This document shows, piece after piece, positions 52,016-63,255 of a DNA stretch of 64,000 bases (positions are counted from its first letter, which is position 1; each line of letters starts with the position of its first letter). The position numbers and the translations under genes are program-made. Source of the stretch: an uncultured Chloroflexia bacterium (GTDB lineage: Bacteria; Chloroflexota; Dehalococcoidia; GIF9; UBA5629); contig CAVSBU010000012.1 in the NCBI GenBank assembly GCA_963726215.1, positions 6,018 through 70,017 on the forward strand. Direction: 5' to 3'. Below the pieces are notes generated by a model that searched no databases, was not told the DNA's origin, and was given only the letters and a program-made list of their open reading frames with translations.

Positions 52016-52941
52016 GCTTGATGAAAAGTGCAGTTAAGCTATACAAAGAACCACATCGCAAGGCATGTGACCTGCTCGCTGTCTGGCCTGGGATTGGAAA
52101 TGTGGCGCTTATAATTGCCAGGTATATCAAAGACAAGCTGAAGGCTGAGGAGATTGGGGAAATCGAGCCATTCGATTTCTTTGACCCTATTGGCATTATG
52201 GTCAAAAGCAACATAATAGAAGCCCCTCAATTTCCAGAAAGTAAATTCTATTACTGGCAGAATCCCAAATCGGACAGAGACCTACTCTTGTTTATCAGTG
52301 ATGAGCAACCCAGTTTCAAGGGTTATGACCTGGCCGGTTGTGTGCTAGACGTCAGTCAAAAACTTAAAGTCAAAAGGGTGTATACCTGCGCCGCAGCGAT
52401 TGCTCGAATTCACCACACTGAAAAACCAAAGGTTTGGGGAGCTGCCACAAACCAGAAACTTCTCGAGGTACTAAGAAAATACGACGTTATCCTCCGCGGC
52501 GACATTCAAATTGCCGGACTTAATGGCTTGTTCCTGGGAGTAGCCAAAGAGAGGGGTTTTGATGGTATCTGTCTACTGGGCGAGGTGCCTACTTACACCA
52601 CTCGAATACCTAACCCCAAAGCCGCTCTGGCGGTGCTTGACATCTTGGCTAAGATATTAGCCATCGATATCAATCTGTCCGAACTGGCTAAACTGGCTAA
52701 AGAATCAGATGAGCAAATGAAAAAATTAGCCGCTGAAGCCATGGAGGAATTCATAGACCGTTACACCAAACCCGTGTGGCCGCCGGAAGAGGAGGAGATA
52801 GGCGAAATTGAGGAAATCGAGGAAATGGAGAGGAAGAGGAAGAAGAGGATAACGAAAACGGAGACGAGGAGGAAACAAATAGATGCCAGCGGAATTATCC
52901 CCAAGACTCCGTTACATAGCAGAAATATTCGATTCAAGTAA
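52012..52941 (+). CDS. PAC2-family protein (copy 2), acidic C-terminal tail whose exact end is uncertain
   Basis: An ATGA overlap couples it to the pmbA stop. Evidence is LLAVWPGIGNVALIIARYIKDKL...LLLFISDEQP...LLGEVPTY and EE-rich tail codons. It is a paralog of 5469-6360. Confidence 0.7.
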   Translation: MSLMKSAVKLYKEPHRKACDLLAVWPGIGNVALIIARYIKDKLKAEEIGEIEPFDFFDPIGIMVKSNIIEAPQFPESKFYYWQNPKSDRDLLLFISDEQPSFKGYDLAGCVLDVSQKLKVKRVYTCAAAIARIHHTEKPKVWGAATNQKLLEVLRKYDVILRGDIQIAGLNGLFLGVAKERGFDGICLLGEVPTYTTRIPNPKAALAVLDILAKILAIDINLSELAKLAKESDEQMKKLAAEAMEEFIDRYTKPVWPPEEEEIGEIEEIEEMERKRKKRITKTETRRKQIDASGIIPKTPLHSRNIRFK

Positions 52942-53817
52942 GAGTGTAAACAGCTCTAAACTGGTATATCTATCAGATCTCAACAGTGAGGAACTGGAAT
53001 TTTTAGCAGAAATCTGGACGAAAACAGATTTAGGGCGACGGCATGAGATTATTTCTCAGCTTGTTCACCTCAGCGAAGTTGACTTTAAGCTCGATTTCAG
53101 CGGCGTTTTCGTATTGTCTCTCCGCGACCCCGATGAAACAATCAGAGCACAAGCCGTCGCCGGTCTGGATGGAGAAGAAAATTATCTGCTTATCAAGCCA
53201 TTAGTGCACGCTTTAAAGGAAGACATCTCTGCCAAAGTAAGAGCAGCAGCAGCCATAGCTCTTGGTAAATTTGCTCTTCAGGGCGAACTGGGTAACCTCC
53301 CGCAGCTATTACCGCGAAAAGGTATATAATTCTTTGTTGGAAGTCCTGGATAACAAGACCGAATTGACCGAGGTAAAACGTCGAGCCTTGGAGGCCATCT
53401 CTCCATTTAGTTTGCCTCGGGTTAAAGAACTTATAGAAACCGCCTATCACACCGATGATATCAAGCTCAGAGCCAGCGCTATATGTGCCATGGGACGCAA
53501 TTGCGATTTAGCCTGGCTACCTACTCTGTTAGTTGAGTTAAACAGTGATGAAGCCGAGATACGCTACGAGGCGGCTGTAGCCTGTGGCGAACTCGGTGCT
53601 GAGGAAGCTGTGCCCCATCTCGTAGAGATGACTAAAAATGAGGACCAGCAGGTTCAGGAAGCTGCTATAAAAGCCCTAGGCGAGATAGGTAGCGAGCAAG
53701 CCAAGCAAGCCCTCGAGTAAGCTGACTAAAAATCCGCAACCCAGAATCCGCGATGCAGCCAAATCAGCCTTGAAGGAGATACAGCATTGCGAAGACCCTC
53801 TATCTTTACAGCTTTAA
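52883..53817 (+). CDS. HEAT-repeat (PBS-lyase-type) protein (two frame interruptions)
   Basis: Fragments 52883-53329 and 53262-53720 plus a tail. Repeated motifs are D..IR..A...LG (DPDETIRAQAVAGL, SAKVRAAAAIALG, EAEIRYEAAVACGELG, DQQVQEAAIKALGEIG). Confidence 0.7.
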
Positions 53818-54344
53818 CCAAGCCACCGCTATTAACCGGTAACAAAGTTAAGCTGCGTCCAAAGCGCTTACAGGACGCTGCCAATGATTATAGCTGGCGA
53901 CAAGATACTGAGCTATGCCGCCTGGATGCTGCCCCTCCGATACTATGTTCTTTTGAAGAGTTCTTGGAAAACTACCTTGAAGATTTACGCCGCTTAAGTC
54001 GAAGCTATCGTTTCGCCATCGAAACCCCAGACGGCAGACACATTGGCAATTGCAGTTATTTTAATCTAGACGAAACCAAAAAAGAGGCCGAGATGGGCAT
54101 CATGATTGGTGACCGGGCTTACTGGAACCGCGGTTACGGGGCTGATACTATAATTACTTCGCTTAATTACTTTTTTTCCCGAACTAATATAAAAAGAGTT
54201 CACCTAAAGACGTTAATGTGGAACATTAGAGCACAAAAATGTTTCCAAAAATGCGGTTTCATCCCCTGCGGGCAGATGATTCATGGGGACTACACCTTTA
54301 TGCTAATGGAGACTCACTGCCCAGCCAAAATTCAAAGAAAATAG
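53787..54344 (+). CDS. GNAT-family N-acetyltransferase (RimJ/RimL-like); start uncertain
   Basis: 185-aa ORF with KVKLRPKRLQDAANDY and YWNRGYGADTI...VHLKTLMWNIRAQKCFQKCGF. Confidence 0.75.
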   Translation: MRRPSIFTALTKPPLLTGNKVKLRPKRLQDAANDYSWRQDTELCRLDAAPPILCSFEEFLENYLEDLRRLSRSYRFAIETPDGRHIGNCSYFNLDETKKEAEMGIMIGDRAYWNRGYGADTIITSLNYFFSRTNIKRVHLKTLMWNIRAQKCFQKCGFIPCGQMIHGDYTFMLMETHCPAKIQRK

Positions 54345-54361
54345 AACGATACTCTAATCCG

Positions 54362-55295
<934 letters not shown>

Positions 55296-55299
<4 letters not shown>

Positions 55300-55673
55300 T
55301 TCAGCTCACAGCCAACTTGATTATTTTGTAAGATGCCCCTTTTCAATTCAATAAAAGAGGGATTCTTCGACCCCAGCTTTTCCACGAGTGGGTTGATAGC
55401 TAGCTCGGGTTTAACGGAATCACCACAAGTAAAAATGTCTATAGCGGCATAACGGTGTTCAGGCCAAGTATGAATGCACATATGAGACTCAGAGATAACT
55501 AGCACGCCGCTTATCCCGTGTGGACTAAAGGCATGGAAACATTCATTAACTACAGTGGCTCCAATCTCTTCAGCAGCATCATGAAGACAACGTCTAAGAA
55601 AATCTACATCGTTAAGCACCTCCACATTACAGTCTTTCAGTTCTAGCAGTAACTGTCTTCCGAGAGCATTCAA
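55296..55673 (-). CDS. speH: S-adenosylmethionine decarboxylase proenzyme (small bacterial/archaeal type)
   Basis: 125-aa ORF with the self-processing motif ISESHMCIHTWPE. Its stop overlaps the speE start. Confidence 0.85.
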
Positions 55674-55796
55674 ATCACCGTCCCTCCTTTAAATTCTTAT
55701 TTAATGAAGTTCTCACCTCCAATCTTCTGAGAATCAAATGGAACAGCCAGTAATTGTATATTTTGTAAAAATGATTTTCAAGACCCTGTAACCCTA

Positions 55797-55825
55797 TTGA
55801 CAAAAGCGACTTTACCCTGTAAAAT
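55797..55825 (+). promoter_or_regulatory. near-consensus sigma70-type promoter of the Cys-rich secreted protein gene
   Basis: TTGACA (55797-55802), 17-nt spacer, TAAAAT (55820-55825). SD GGAGGTG (55871-55877) lies 5 nt before TTG 55883. Confidence 0.5.
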
Positions 55826-55882
55826 CGTTTTACAAAGGGTGGTCGAACCTTTAAAAGCAAAACTCAAGATGGAGGTGTTAAT

Positions 55883-56588
55883 TTGAGAATTATTGGTATT
55901 GTGTTAGCTTTGGTATTAGCCGTATCCCTCGTGGTGCCAACGGTCGCATTGGCACAGGACGAGTATGCCGGATTGTCAAACTGCGCGTGGGACAAGGTAA
56001 AGTGGCAAGACAATGAGAACTCCTGGGGCTTATATCTGCAGCATTGGGGCAGAACTCCGATTCAAGCCATGTCACGACTTAGGGGTCTGTGCGGGCCTAA
56101 GACCCTTTGTGCCGCACTTGGCACAAATTGCCCCAACGCGGGCGCGGGGATTTACCAAAATCCGAATGCCTGCCTTGGTGGTTGTCCAGCTTGTCGAGTT
56201 CAGGAGCCAGGAGCTCTAGCCACCTGCTCTGACCCGTCGAATTGCGACGCATCATTGTCCAGCGTATCATGTCCGGCTACCGGTCAAGCAGAATCTACCT
56301 GCCCTGCCACTCCGGTGGTAGAGAAATTTATGCCGACCTGCGGTTTCTGCTGGGGAATCAGCCTCGCTTTCGCCGGCAAGAGCTGGGCTGGCGCTGATAT
56401 TGGTACTGCACCCAAGAATCAACAACAATCACCTCAACCATTTCGGAACCAGCGAATGCACCGGCGGTAACCACGGTGGTGACTGGGGAATTACCGGTGC
56501 CCCGCACACTGAATGCTGCTCCCTAACATGGGCTCTGCAGGACAACTGCTTCGGTAAACCGTACGGCGACAAATGCGCACCGAATTAG
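55883..56588 (+). CDS. orphan secreted cysteine-rich protein (frame interrupted near 56400)
   Basis: Fragments 55883-56470 and 56400-56588. The signal peptide is MRIIGIVLALVLAVSLVVPTVALA. The mature part has many Cys (CAALGTNCPNAG..., CLGGCPACR, TCSDPSNC, SCPATGQAESTCP, TCGFCWG, ECTGG, ECCS, NCFGKPYGDKC). I recognised no family. Confidence 0.6.
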
Positions 56589-56645
56589 AACTATAGTATA
56601 GATAAGATATATTTTTAGACAAGTAAGAAACTCAGATTGTTGTAC

Positions 56646-56684
56646 CCTGACCGAGGATGCGGTCAATCCTCGGTCAGGTTTTCT
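56646..56684 (+). terminator. rho-independent terminator
   Basis: 13-bp perfect stem CCTGACCGAGGAT (56646-56658) / ATCCTCGGTCAGG (56666-56678), 7-nt loop, then TTTTCT. Confidence 0.8.
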
Positions 56685-56812
56685 ATTGGGTATGCGTGAC
56701 GTTTGATATCACGGCAATTATATAGCTAATTTATCATGACTCATGGTTTTTCCTCTAACCTAGCTCAGCTAAAACCTCGCTATTATTTACCTTCATAAAA
56801 CAGAGGGCTATA

Positions 56813-57049
56813 TTGTCAGACGAGACTGGATTCACTACTGTGTATGTCGCCAGGAGTCAGCCCGAGGCGGAAATTGTAAAAGGACGCCTCAACTGCGAAG
56901 ATATTCCGGCTATACTTCGCTATGAGTCTGCTGGAATTATCTATGGCCTCACGGTTAATGGTCTAGGTCAGGTAGAAGTGCGAGTACCATCTCATTTGGC
57001 TCAGCGCGCCAGAGAAATTCTAGCCGTCGAGGAAAACGAGGAACACTAA
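56813..57049 (+). CDS. DUF2007-like small protein
   Basis: 78-aa ORF with VYVARSQPEAEIVKGRLNCEDIPAILR..., the pattern of putative signal-transducing DUF2007 proteins. It has a TTG start. Confidence 0.55.
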   Translation: MSDETGFTTVYVARSQPEAEIVKGRLNCEDIPAILRYESAGIIYGLTVNGLGQVEVRVPSHLAQRAREILAVEENEEH

Positions 57050-57163
57050 GCTTCCAGGCCAAGCTCTGAATACAGAGCTTGAAAATCAAAACAGCTATCC
57101 AAAACCTTACCAAACATCTCCAGCTTCCGACGGCTCCGAAAACTAGCTTTGGTTAATGCCTCC

Positions 57164-58104
57164 TCAATGCCGACTATATGCTGCGGAAGCGTCCTGTTTA
57201 ACCATGATTATCGGCACGTGCTTTTCTTGAGCTCGAATGATAACAAACGGTAAAGGCTTTACATTATTGGTAACAATCAGGCATTTGGTTGGGGTTTCCA
57301 AAGCAGCCAGCTGCATGTCGGCGCGTTCGCCACGAACGACTACTGCTTTATTTTCCTTCCGATTGAAATACATTACTCCTGAGTCAACAGTCATAGCCCC
57401 TACCATTATATTTTCTACTATTTCATCAGTCTTTTCTGGAGAAGTCAGAACCTCCCCACCGAGAACTTGAGCTAACTCTCCGGCGCTTACGCCAAGCAAG
57501 GCTCCGAACCTCCGGAAGTATACCTAAGACTTTAATTCCTGCCTTGTTAAATGAGGCTGTTAACTGGTGTCCTACCGTTTCTATTTTAGACCTCGGCACA
57601 AGGTTAATAATGACTCCCACCAGATGTTTAACTTTTTTACCTATCTGTACAATCTTCGACACATCAAAATTCGGGGAATAATGAAGCACGATAATCACTC
57701 CTGCCTCCAAGGCGTCGGCAACCGTATAGCAAGCAAGAGTAGAGACTTTATCTACACCTAAATTGCCCAGCCCCTCCATAATGACGACATCTTTGCCCCG
57801 TGATATTTTGCGATATGCCTGCTTAAGGTTCTGCGAGAAATTTGCTGCGTCTTCGGTCAAGTTTCGCCACAATTCATGCTGGAGTCAAGCGAATAGGACA
57901 AATCAACTCCTCGGATTCAGTCAACTTCAAGTTGTCCTTAATGAAAGCAGCATCTTCACAACCGTCAGTGTTGCCGGTTTCAATAAGATGGATGGGCATC
58001 ATAAATCCTACTTTTGTCCCACGGTCAAGCAATTTTCTACCGATACCAGCACACAAGGCTGTTTTGCCTGCAGATTCCGTAGATGTTATATATAGAGCGA
58101 CCAC
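57164..58104 (-). CDS. P-loop (DTBS/CobQ-like) plus DRTGG domain protein, resembling the N-terminal half of Pta (two frame interruptions)
   Basis: Fragments 57874-58104 (ALYITSTESAGKTALCAGIG), 57426-57872 and 57164-57499 (VVRGERADMQLAALETPTKCLIVTNN). No phosphotransacetylase catalytic domain follows. Confidence 0.7.
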
Positions 58105-58260
58105 ATTACCTCCTAAGTATGAACTTTGTAATTATATTATCTCGTATCACTCTTTACAACCGAGACAAAGCAGCTTATAATATGTGTTAAACTTCAACGA
58201 CAACTGAGGGTTACCAGACTCTCAGTTTTTTTAGTAGCTTTCCGTACAGGAGAACATCAC

Positions 58261-58728
58261 ATGGGGCAAAAGAAAATCCTTATTACTAAAGAGGGTTTAG
58301 CTAAACTCCACTCTGAGCTGGACCACTTACTTTCGGTACGAAGGCAAGAGATAGCCGGCAAGATTAAGCGTGCCCGAGAAATGGGAGGCACTGAGAACAA
58401 CGCTGAATACGAAGATGCCAAGAATGACCAGGCTTTTGTCGAGGGCAGAATATTGATGCTGGAGAACATCGTTAAGAACGCAACAGTCATCGAATCGCCA
58501 GCCTTACCAGGCACGGTAGAAATGGGCGATAAGGTGCTCATCCAAAACCAGGACGGCAAGATAGAGCAATTCACCATTGTGGGTAGTGCCGAAGCCAGCC
58601 CCGTTGAGGGCAAGATTTCCAATGAATCACCGGTAGGAAAAGCCCTGCTGGGTAAAAAAATCGGCGATGAGGTCGAGGTCACAACACCGGCTGGGTTGCT
58701 TAAGCTCCAGATAATGGACGTAAGTTGA
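58261..58728 (+). CDS. greA: transcription elongation factor GreA
   Basis: 155-aa intact ORF with ITKEGLAKLHSELDHL...REMGGTENNAEYEDAKNDQAFVEGRI...SPVGKALLGKKIGDEV. Confidence 0.9.
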   Translation: MGQKKILITKEGLAKLHSELDHLLSVRRQEIAGKIKRAREMGGTENNAEYEDAKNDQAFVEGRILMLENIVKNATVIESPALPGTVEMGDKVLIQNQDGKIEQFTIVGSAEASPVEGKISNESPVGKALLGKKIGDEVEVTTPAGLLKLQIMDVS

Positions 58729-58774
58729 CGATTCGCTCTTTAGAGTATTCCTTTATCACGGACTGCTGCGTACC

Positions 58775-60280
58775 ATGGCCAGATTGAAGCATATCGCCCA
58801 ACAGCGCCTGGATAAGTTGGAAAAAATTCGGGGTCACGGAATAAATCCATATCCTCGTTCCTATCACCGCAGCCATACTACACAAGAAGCAGTAGCCCTT
58901 TACCAGCAGACAGAATCAAGTCCGAATAACATACCGAGTCCAGAATTCAGCCTCGCTGGTCGAATTACAGCCATTCGCTTCATAGGTAAGATTGCTTTCT
59001 TCGACATCCGCGATGGTTCAGGCAAAATTCAAGTTTTTTTTAGCCATGACATCATCGGCAATGAAAAGTATGAATTTCTCCATGAAATAGATATCGGTGA
59101 CATTATCGGCGTCACGGGCAAGCTTTTCAGAACCAAGGCAGGCGAAATCAGTATTGAGGCCAAAGACTTCACCCTGTTGGCTAAATCTCTGCAACCACTG
59201 CCGGAGAAATGGCATGGGTTGGTGGATGTTGAGAAGCGGTACCGGCAACGTTACCTCGACCTAATATCCAACGAAGAAGTTAAGCCTATTTTTAGATTGC
59301 GGAGCCAGGTTATCTCAGCTTTGAGACGTTTTTTAAACGAGCGGGGATTTATCGAGGTGGAGACACCGGTACTGCAGCCAGTGGCAGGAGGAGCTCTGGC
59401 CCGACGCTTCAAAACACACCATCAAGCGCTGGACCAGGACCTGCACCTTCGCATTGCGCTGGAGCTTTATCTGAAACGTCTAATAATAGGCGGCTTCGAT
59501 AAGGTTTACGAGATCGGCCGCGTATTCCGCAATGAAGGTATATCCACAAAACATAATCCCGAATTTACCATGTTGGAAATCTATGAAGCCTATGCTGACT
59601 ACAATGACATGATGACGCTGTTTGAAGATATGGTATGCTATATTGCCAGAGAAATCGTGGACAAGACCAAGATTAAGTTCGGCGAAGAATCTATCAACCT
59701 TGAACCTCCGTGGCGCCGTATTTACCTGCGTGAAGCCATAAAAGAGCGCTGTGGCATTGACTTTGAGGACTATCCCGATGCTGACTCACTGCGCCGGAAA
59801 ATGGAACAACTAGGGCTAGAAGTCGACCCTAAAAAGGATAGAGGCCGTTTAGTTGATGAGCTTATATCCACCTTCGTTGAGCCTGGTTTAATGCAGCCTA
59901 CGTTTTTAGTGGATTATCCGGTAGAAATGTCACCTCTGGCTAAGAGAAAGCAGGACAATGACCGCTTGGTGGAGCGCTTTGAGGCTTTTATCGGCGGCAT
60001 GGAAGTCGCCAATGCCTTTACCGAGCTTAATGACCCCATAGAGCAAAGAGAGCGTTTCCGCAAACAAAGGGAGATACAATCGGCAGAGTCAATTAAAGCG
60101 AAATCGGGTGAAGAAGAACGTGAGGTAGAAGTCATTGATGAGGACTTTCTCCTGGCCTTGGAATATGGCATGCCGCCTACCGGCGGTCTGGGCGTAGGCA
60201 TTGACCGTTTGGCAATGCTGTTCTCTGATAAACAGTCCATCCGTGAGGTTATCCTTTTCCCGCAGCTAAAAACAAAATAG
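58775..60280 (+). CDS. lysS: lysyl-tRNA synthetase, class II
   Basis: 501-aa intact ORF with an OB-fold N-domain and class II motifs (FIEVETPVLQ, FRNEGIS..HNPEFT.LE, GGLGVGIDRL). Confidence 0.95.
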   Translation: MARLKHIAQQRLDKLEKIRGHGINPYPRSYHRSHTTQEAVALYQQTESSPNNIPSPEFSLAGRITAIRFIGKIAFFDIRDGSGKIQVFFSHDIIGNEKYEFLHEIDIGDIIGVTGKLFRTKAGEISIEAKDFTLLAKSLQPLPEKWHGLVDVEKRYRQRYLDLISNEEVKPIFRLRSQVISALRRFLNERGFIEVETPVLQPVAGGALARRFKTHHQALDQDLHLRIALELYLKRLIIGGFDKVYEIGRVFRNEGISTKHNPEFTMLEIYEAYADYNDMMTLFEDMVCYIAREIVDKTKIKFGEESINLEPPWRRIYLREAIKERCGIDFEDYPDADSLRRKMEQLGLEVDPKKDRGRLVDELISTFVEPGLMQPTFLVDYPVEMSPLAKRKQDNDRLVERFEAFIGGMEVANAFTELNDPIEQRERFRKQREIQSAESIKAKSGEEEREVEVIDEDFLLALEYGMPPTGGLGVGIDRLAMLFSDKQSIREVILFPQLKTK

Positions 60281-60295
60281 CAAAGTGAATTCATC

Positions 60296-61561
60296 GTGCT
60301 GGATATAAAGTTAATCCGTGACAATCCTGAAATAGTCCGTGAAGCTATGGAAAAGCGAGGCGAGAGCGCTCCGCTTGACCAAATAATGAGCCTCGACGAG
60401 CAACGCCGTCAGCTTCTCCACGAGATGGAGACCCTCCGGGCACACCGTAATGAGGTCAGTAAACAATTAGGCAAAATGGCTGACAAGCCACCTCAGCTTA
60501 TTGCCGAGATGCGCCAACTCGGTGAAAAGGTAACTTCCCTGGAGGCCGAAATATGCCGAGTCGAATCCGAACTAAATGACTTTCTCCTGCGATTACCTAA
60601 CATCCCCGCGGCTGACGTGCCTGTTGGCAAGGATACACAGGACAACATAGTGGTGCGTTCCTGGGGTAAGCCAGCAGATATTTCATTTACTCCGTTACCA
60701 CACTGGGAGCTAGCGGAGAAACTGAATATTATCGATTTCCAGCGTGGAGTCAAGCTTTCCGGCAGTCGCTTTTATGTACTTAAAGGCCAGGGGGCTCGTC
60801 TCCAACGAGCGCTCATCACATTCATGCTGGACCTCCACGTGAAAGAGCACGGCTACACAGAAATATACCCGCCTTTCATGGTGAAACGTGAATGTATGGT
60901 TGGCTCAGGCAATTTGCCCAAATTTGCCGATAACCTGTACCACGATGAAGAGGATGATCTCTGGTTTGTGCCTACTGCTGAGGTGCCCTTGACCAATTTA
61001 CATCGCGATGAAGTCCTGCCGCCCGGTACTTTGCCTCTCTATTATGTCGCTTATACCGCCTGCTTCCGCCGAGAGAAGATGGCAGCCGGCAAGGATACCA
61101 GAGGCATCAAGAGAGGACATCAATTTGATAAAGTCGAGCTCTACAAGTTCACTGAGCCGGAAACCTCTGATGAGGAGCTGGAGAAGTTAGTTGGGAATGC
61201 TGAAGACGTAAGCCGCCGCCTGGGCATACCTTACCGTGTGTTACAGTTATGTACCGGCGACCTGGGCTTTGCCTCAGTTAAATCATTCGATATCGAAATG
61301 TGGGCTCCCGGCTGCGGCGAATGGTTAGAGGTCAGCTCTTGCAGCAATTGCGGTGACTTCCAGGCCAGGCGGACAAACATTCGCTATCGCCCCGAGCCCA
61401 AAGCTAAGCCAAGCTTTGTCCATACTCTTAACGGTTCAGGGCTGGCTTTGCCTCGGGTAGTTATCGCGCTGCTGGAGAACTACCAGCAAGCTGATGGCAG
61501 CATAAAAGTGCCTGAAGCACTAATACCATATATGGGCACGGAGATAATCAACAAGGGCTGA
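60296..61561 (+). CDS. serS: seryl-tRNA synthetase
   Basis: 421-aa intact ORF with MLDIKLIRDNPE, the coiled-coil arm, FRRE...GIKRGHQF.KVE, and TLNGSGLA.PR. Confidence 0.95.
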   Translation: MLDIKLIRDNPEIVREAMEKRGESAPLDQIMSLDEQRRQLLHEMETLRAHRNEVSKQLGKMADKPPQLIAEMRQLGEKVTSLEAEICRVESELNDFLLRLPNIPAADVPVGKDTQDNIVVRSWGKPADISFTPLPHWELAEKLNIIDFQRGVKLSGSRFYVLKGQGARLQRALITFMLDLHVKEHGYTEIYPPFMVKRECMVGSGNLPKFADNLYHDEEDDLWFVPTAEVPLTNLHRDEVLPPGTLPLYYVAYTACFRREKMAAGKDTRGIKRGHQFDKVELYKFTEPETSDEELEKLVGNAEDVSRRLGIPYRVLQLCTGDLGFASVKSFDIEMWAPGCGEWLEVSSCSNCGDFQARRTNIRYRPEPKAKPSFVHTLNGSGLALPRVVIALLENYQQADGSIKVPEALIPYMGTEIINKG

Positions 61562-61566
61562 GACCT

Positions 61567-61917
61567 ATGCCGGATAATTCAAAGCCCCGCTACGCTTGCC
61601 CTCGATGCTCAACTAAAATCAAGACCCAATTCGGAAATTGCCCCAATTGTGGCTATATCGGCGCCATGGAACACAAGGATATGTATCTGCGAGGGAAAAA
61701 TGCTGCCGGCAAACCAGTAATAGTCGACCCACCGACGCCACAGCCAGACAGCACAAAGCAAAAAAAATCTAAAAGTACCGAAATACTGGCTAGATATACA
61801 TGCCCCCGCTGCGGCGCCAAGGCTGGCAAGGCATTCGGCCGCTGCCTGAATCACCGCAGTTGTGGCTATTCTGGCCCTATGAAAACAAGTGCTGTCAGCA
61901 AGCCTAAACCAAAATAA
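61567..61917 (+). CDS. double zinc-ribbon protein
   Basis: 116-aa ORF with two CPRC...C(P/L)N..CGY modules separated by a Lys/Pro-rich linker. Confidence 0.65.
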   Translation: MPDNSKPRYACPRCSTKIKTQFGNCPNCGYIGAMEHKDMYLRGKNAAGKPVIVDPPTPQPDSTKQKKSKSTEILARYTCPRCGAKAGKAFGRCLNHRSCGYSGPMKTSAVSKPKPK

Positions 61918-62082
61918 TAATTACCAGAAGACTTACCACTTCCATATCAGACCAACAGGTAAATTCCTTAACACCTTTTTTCTTTTAGGTTACTGACATG
62001 TATAATCTAGGGCAAATATTTGGGCGATTATCTAAACATAAAGATTGAAGACAAACAGGAAATAAACGTAAAAAGAGGCCTG

Positions 62083-63254
62083 TGTGCAAAAGATAATATT
62101 GTGTCCCAGATGCCACGTACAGGTAAAAAGGGATAATTTAGGCGAACTTTTATGTCCCAATTGCAACGCTGAGGCTATGTCCCAAAGCTCACATTTTTGA
62201 TGGCAAAATATGTCCGTATTGCGGCTGGGAAGACCCTAACTACAGCCTGTGGCAGAAGGCACAGAAAGCTCGGCTACACAGTCCTGCATCCAGAGACATC
62301 GGAGAGTCCACCGAAATCAAAGCCCAGTACATCTGCCCTAATTGTGGCATTAGTGTCGACACTGTTCAAAAAGATTGCCCGAACTGTGGCTTTCTCGGGG
62401 CTAAATATCGGGCGGCAAAAGCTGCACCCACAGGCGCCATATCAATGCCAGCCAGGTCCAGTGCGCCAACGAAACCGATTCTAGACAGCATACCACGTGA
62501 ACCAACGATGAAAAGGGCCAGTGAGCCAGCCAAAAGTACTTTTATAAAAGAAGTAGCCAGGGCTGAACGGACACGGCGGGAATTTCCCTCGCTGAGGCGT
62601 TTTGTAAGACCGGTTCTGGCCAGCCTGCTGGCATGTATTATAATTATCGGCCTCGTCTTTGGCGGAATTTATGCCACTCGATTCTTCAGCCAAAATGCTG
62701 AACCTGGGATTCTACCACCAGCCACAGCTATCACTCCATCCAAAACTTATACACTGAGCACGAATATGGTTCCTGAAACAGGTGGCGAAATCAGGATAGT
62801 ATCTCCCTCATCCGGCAATGGTACGTTTGACCCGGGTAGCCAGGTCACATTAACAGCCGTGCCCAACGACTGCTATACCTTTAGCTACTGGGATGGCGTC
62901 GCAGATTCGTCGGAGACTGTCACCATTACCATGGACTCGAATAAAAGCATCACCGCAAATTTCCGACTTAAAGATACGACACCGCCGGTCATTTCAGAAG
63001 TCAAGGCCGACAGTAACTCAGATATAAGCGCCACTATAACCTGGTTAACGGATAAGCCTGCCACGGGTCAGGTTGATTATGGGAAGACAAAAGACTACGG
63101 CCTGACCGCGATATCAAATGATGAACTGACCACCAACCACAGGGTCCGAATGACCGGACTCGAGCCCAACACAACATACTATTTCTCGGTGAAGTCAGCG
63201 GACAAATGCGGAAACGAAGCCAACGAAACAAAAATGCTGACTACCACTCCGTGA
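62083..63254 (+). CDS. multi-zinc-ribbon / TM / extracellular beta-repeat plus FN3-like protein (frame interrupted near 62150)
   Basis: SD AAAGAGG then GTG 62083. Four CxxC pairs are present (CPRC, CPNC, CPYC, CPNC...CPNC). The TM segment is VLASLLACIIIIGLVFGGIYA. The rest reads TLSTNMVPETGGEIRIV...VTLTAVPNDCYTFSYWDG and ends with an FN3-like region, ATITWLTDKPATGQVDYG...LEPNTTYYF. Confidence 0.65.
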
Positions 63255-63255
63255 A

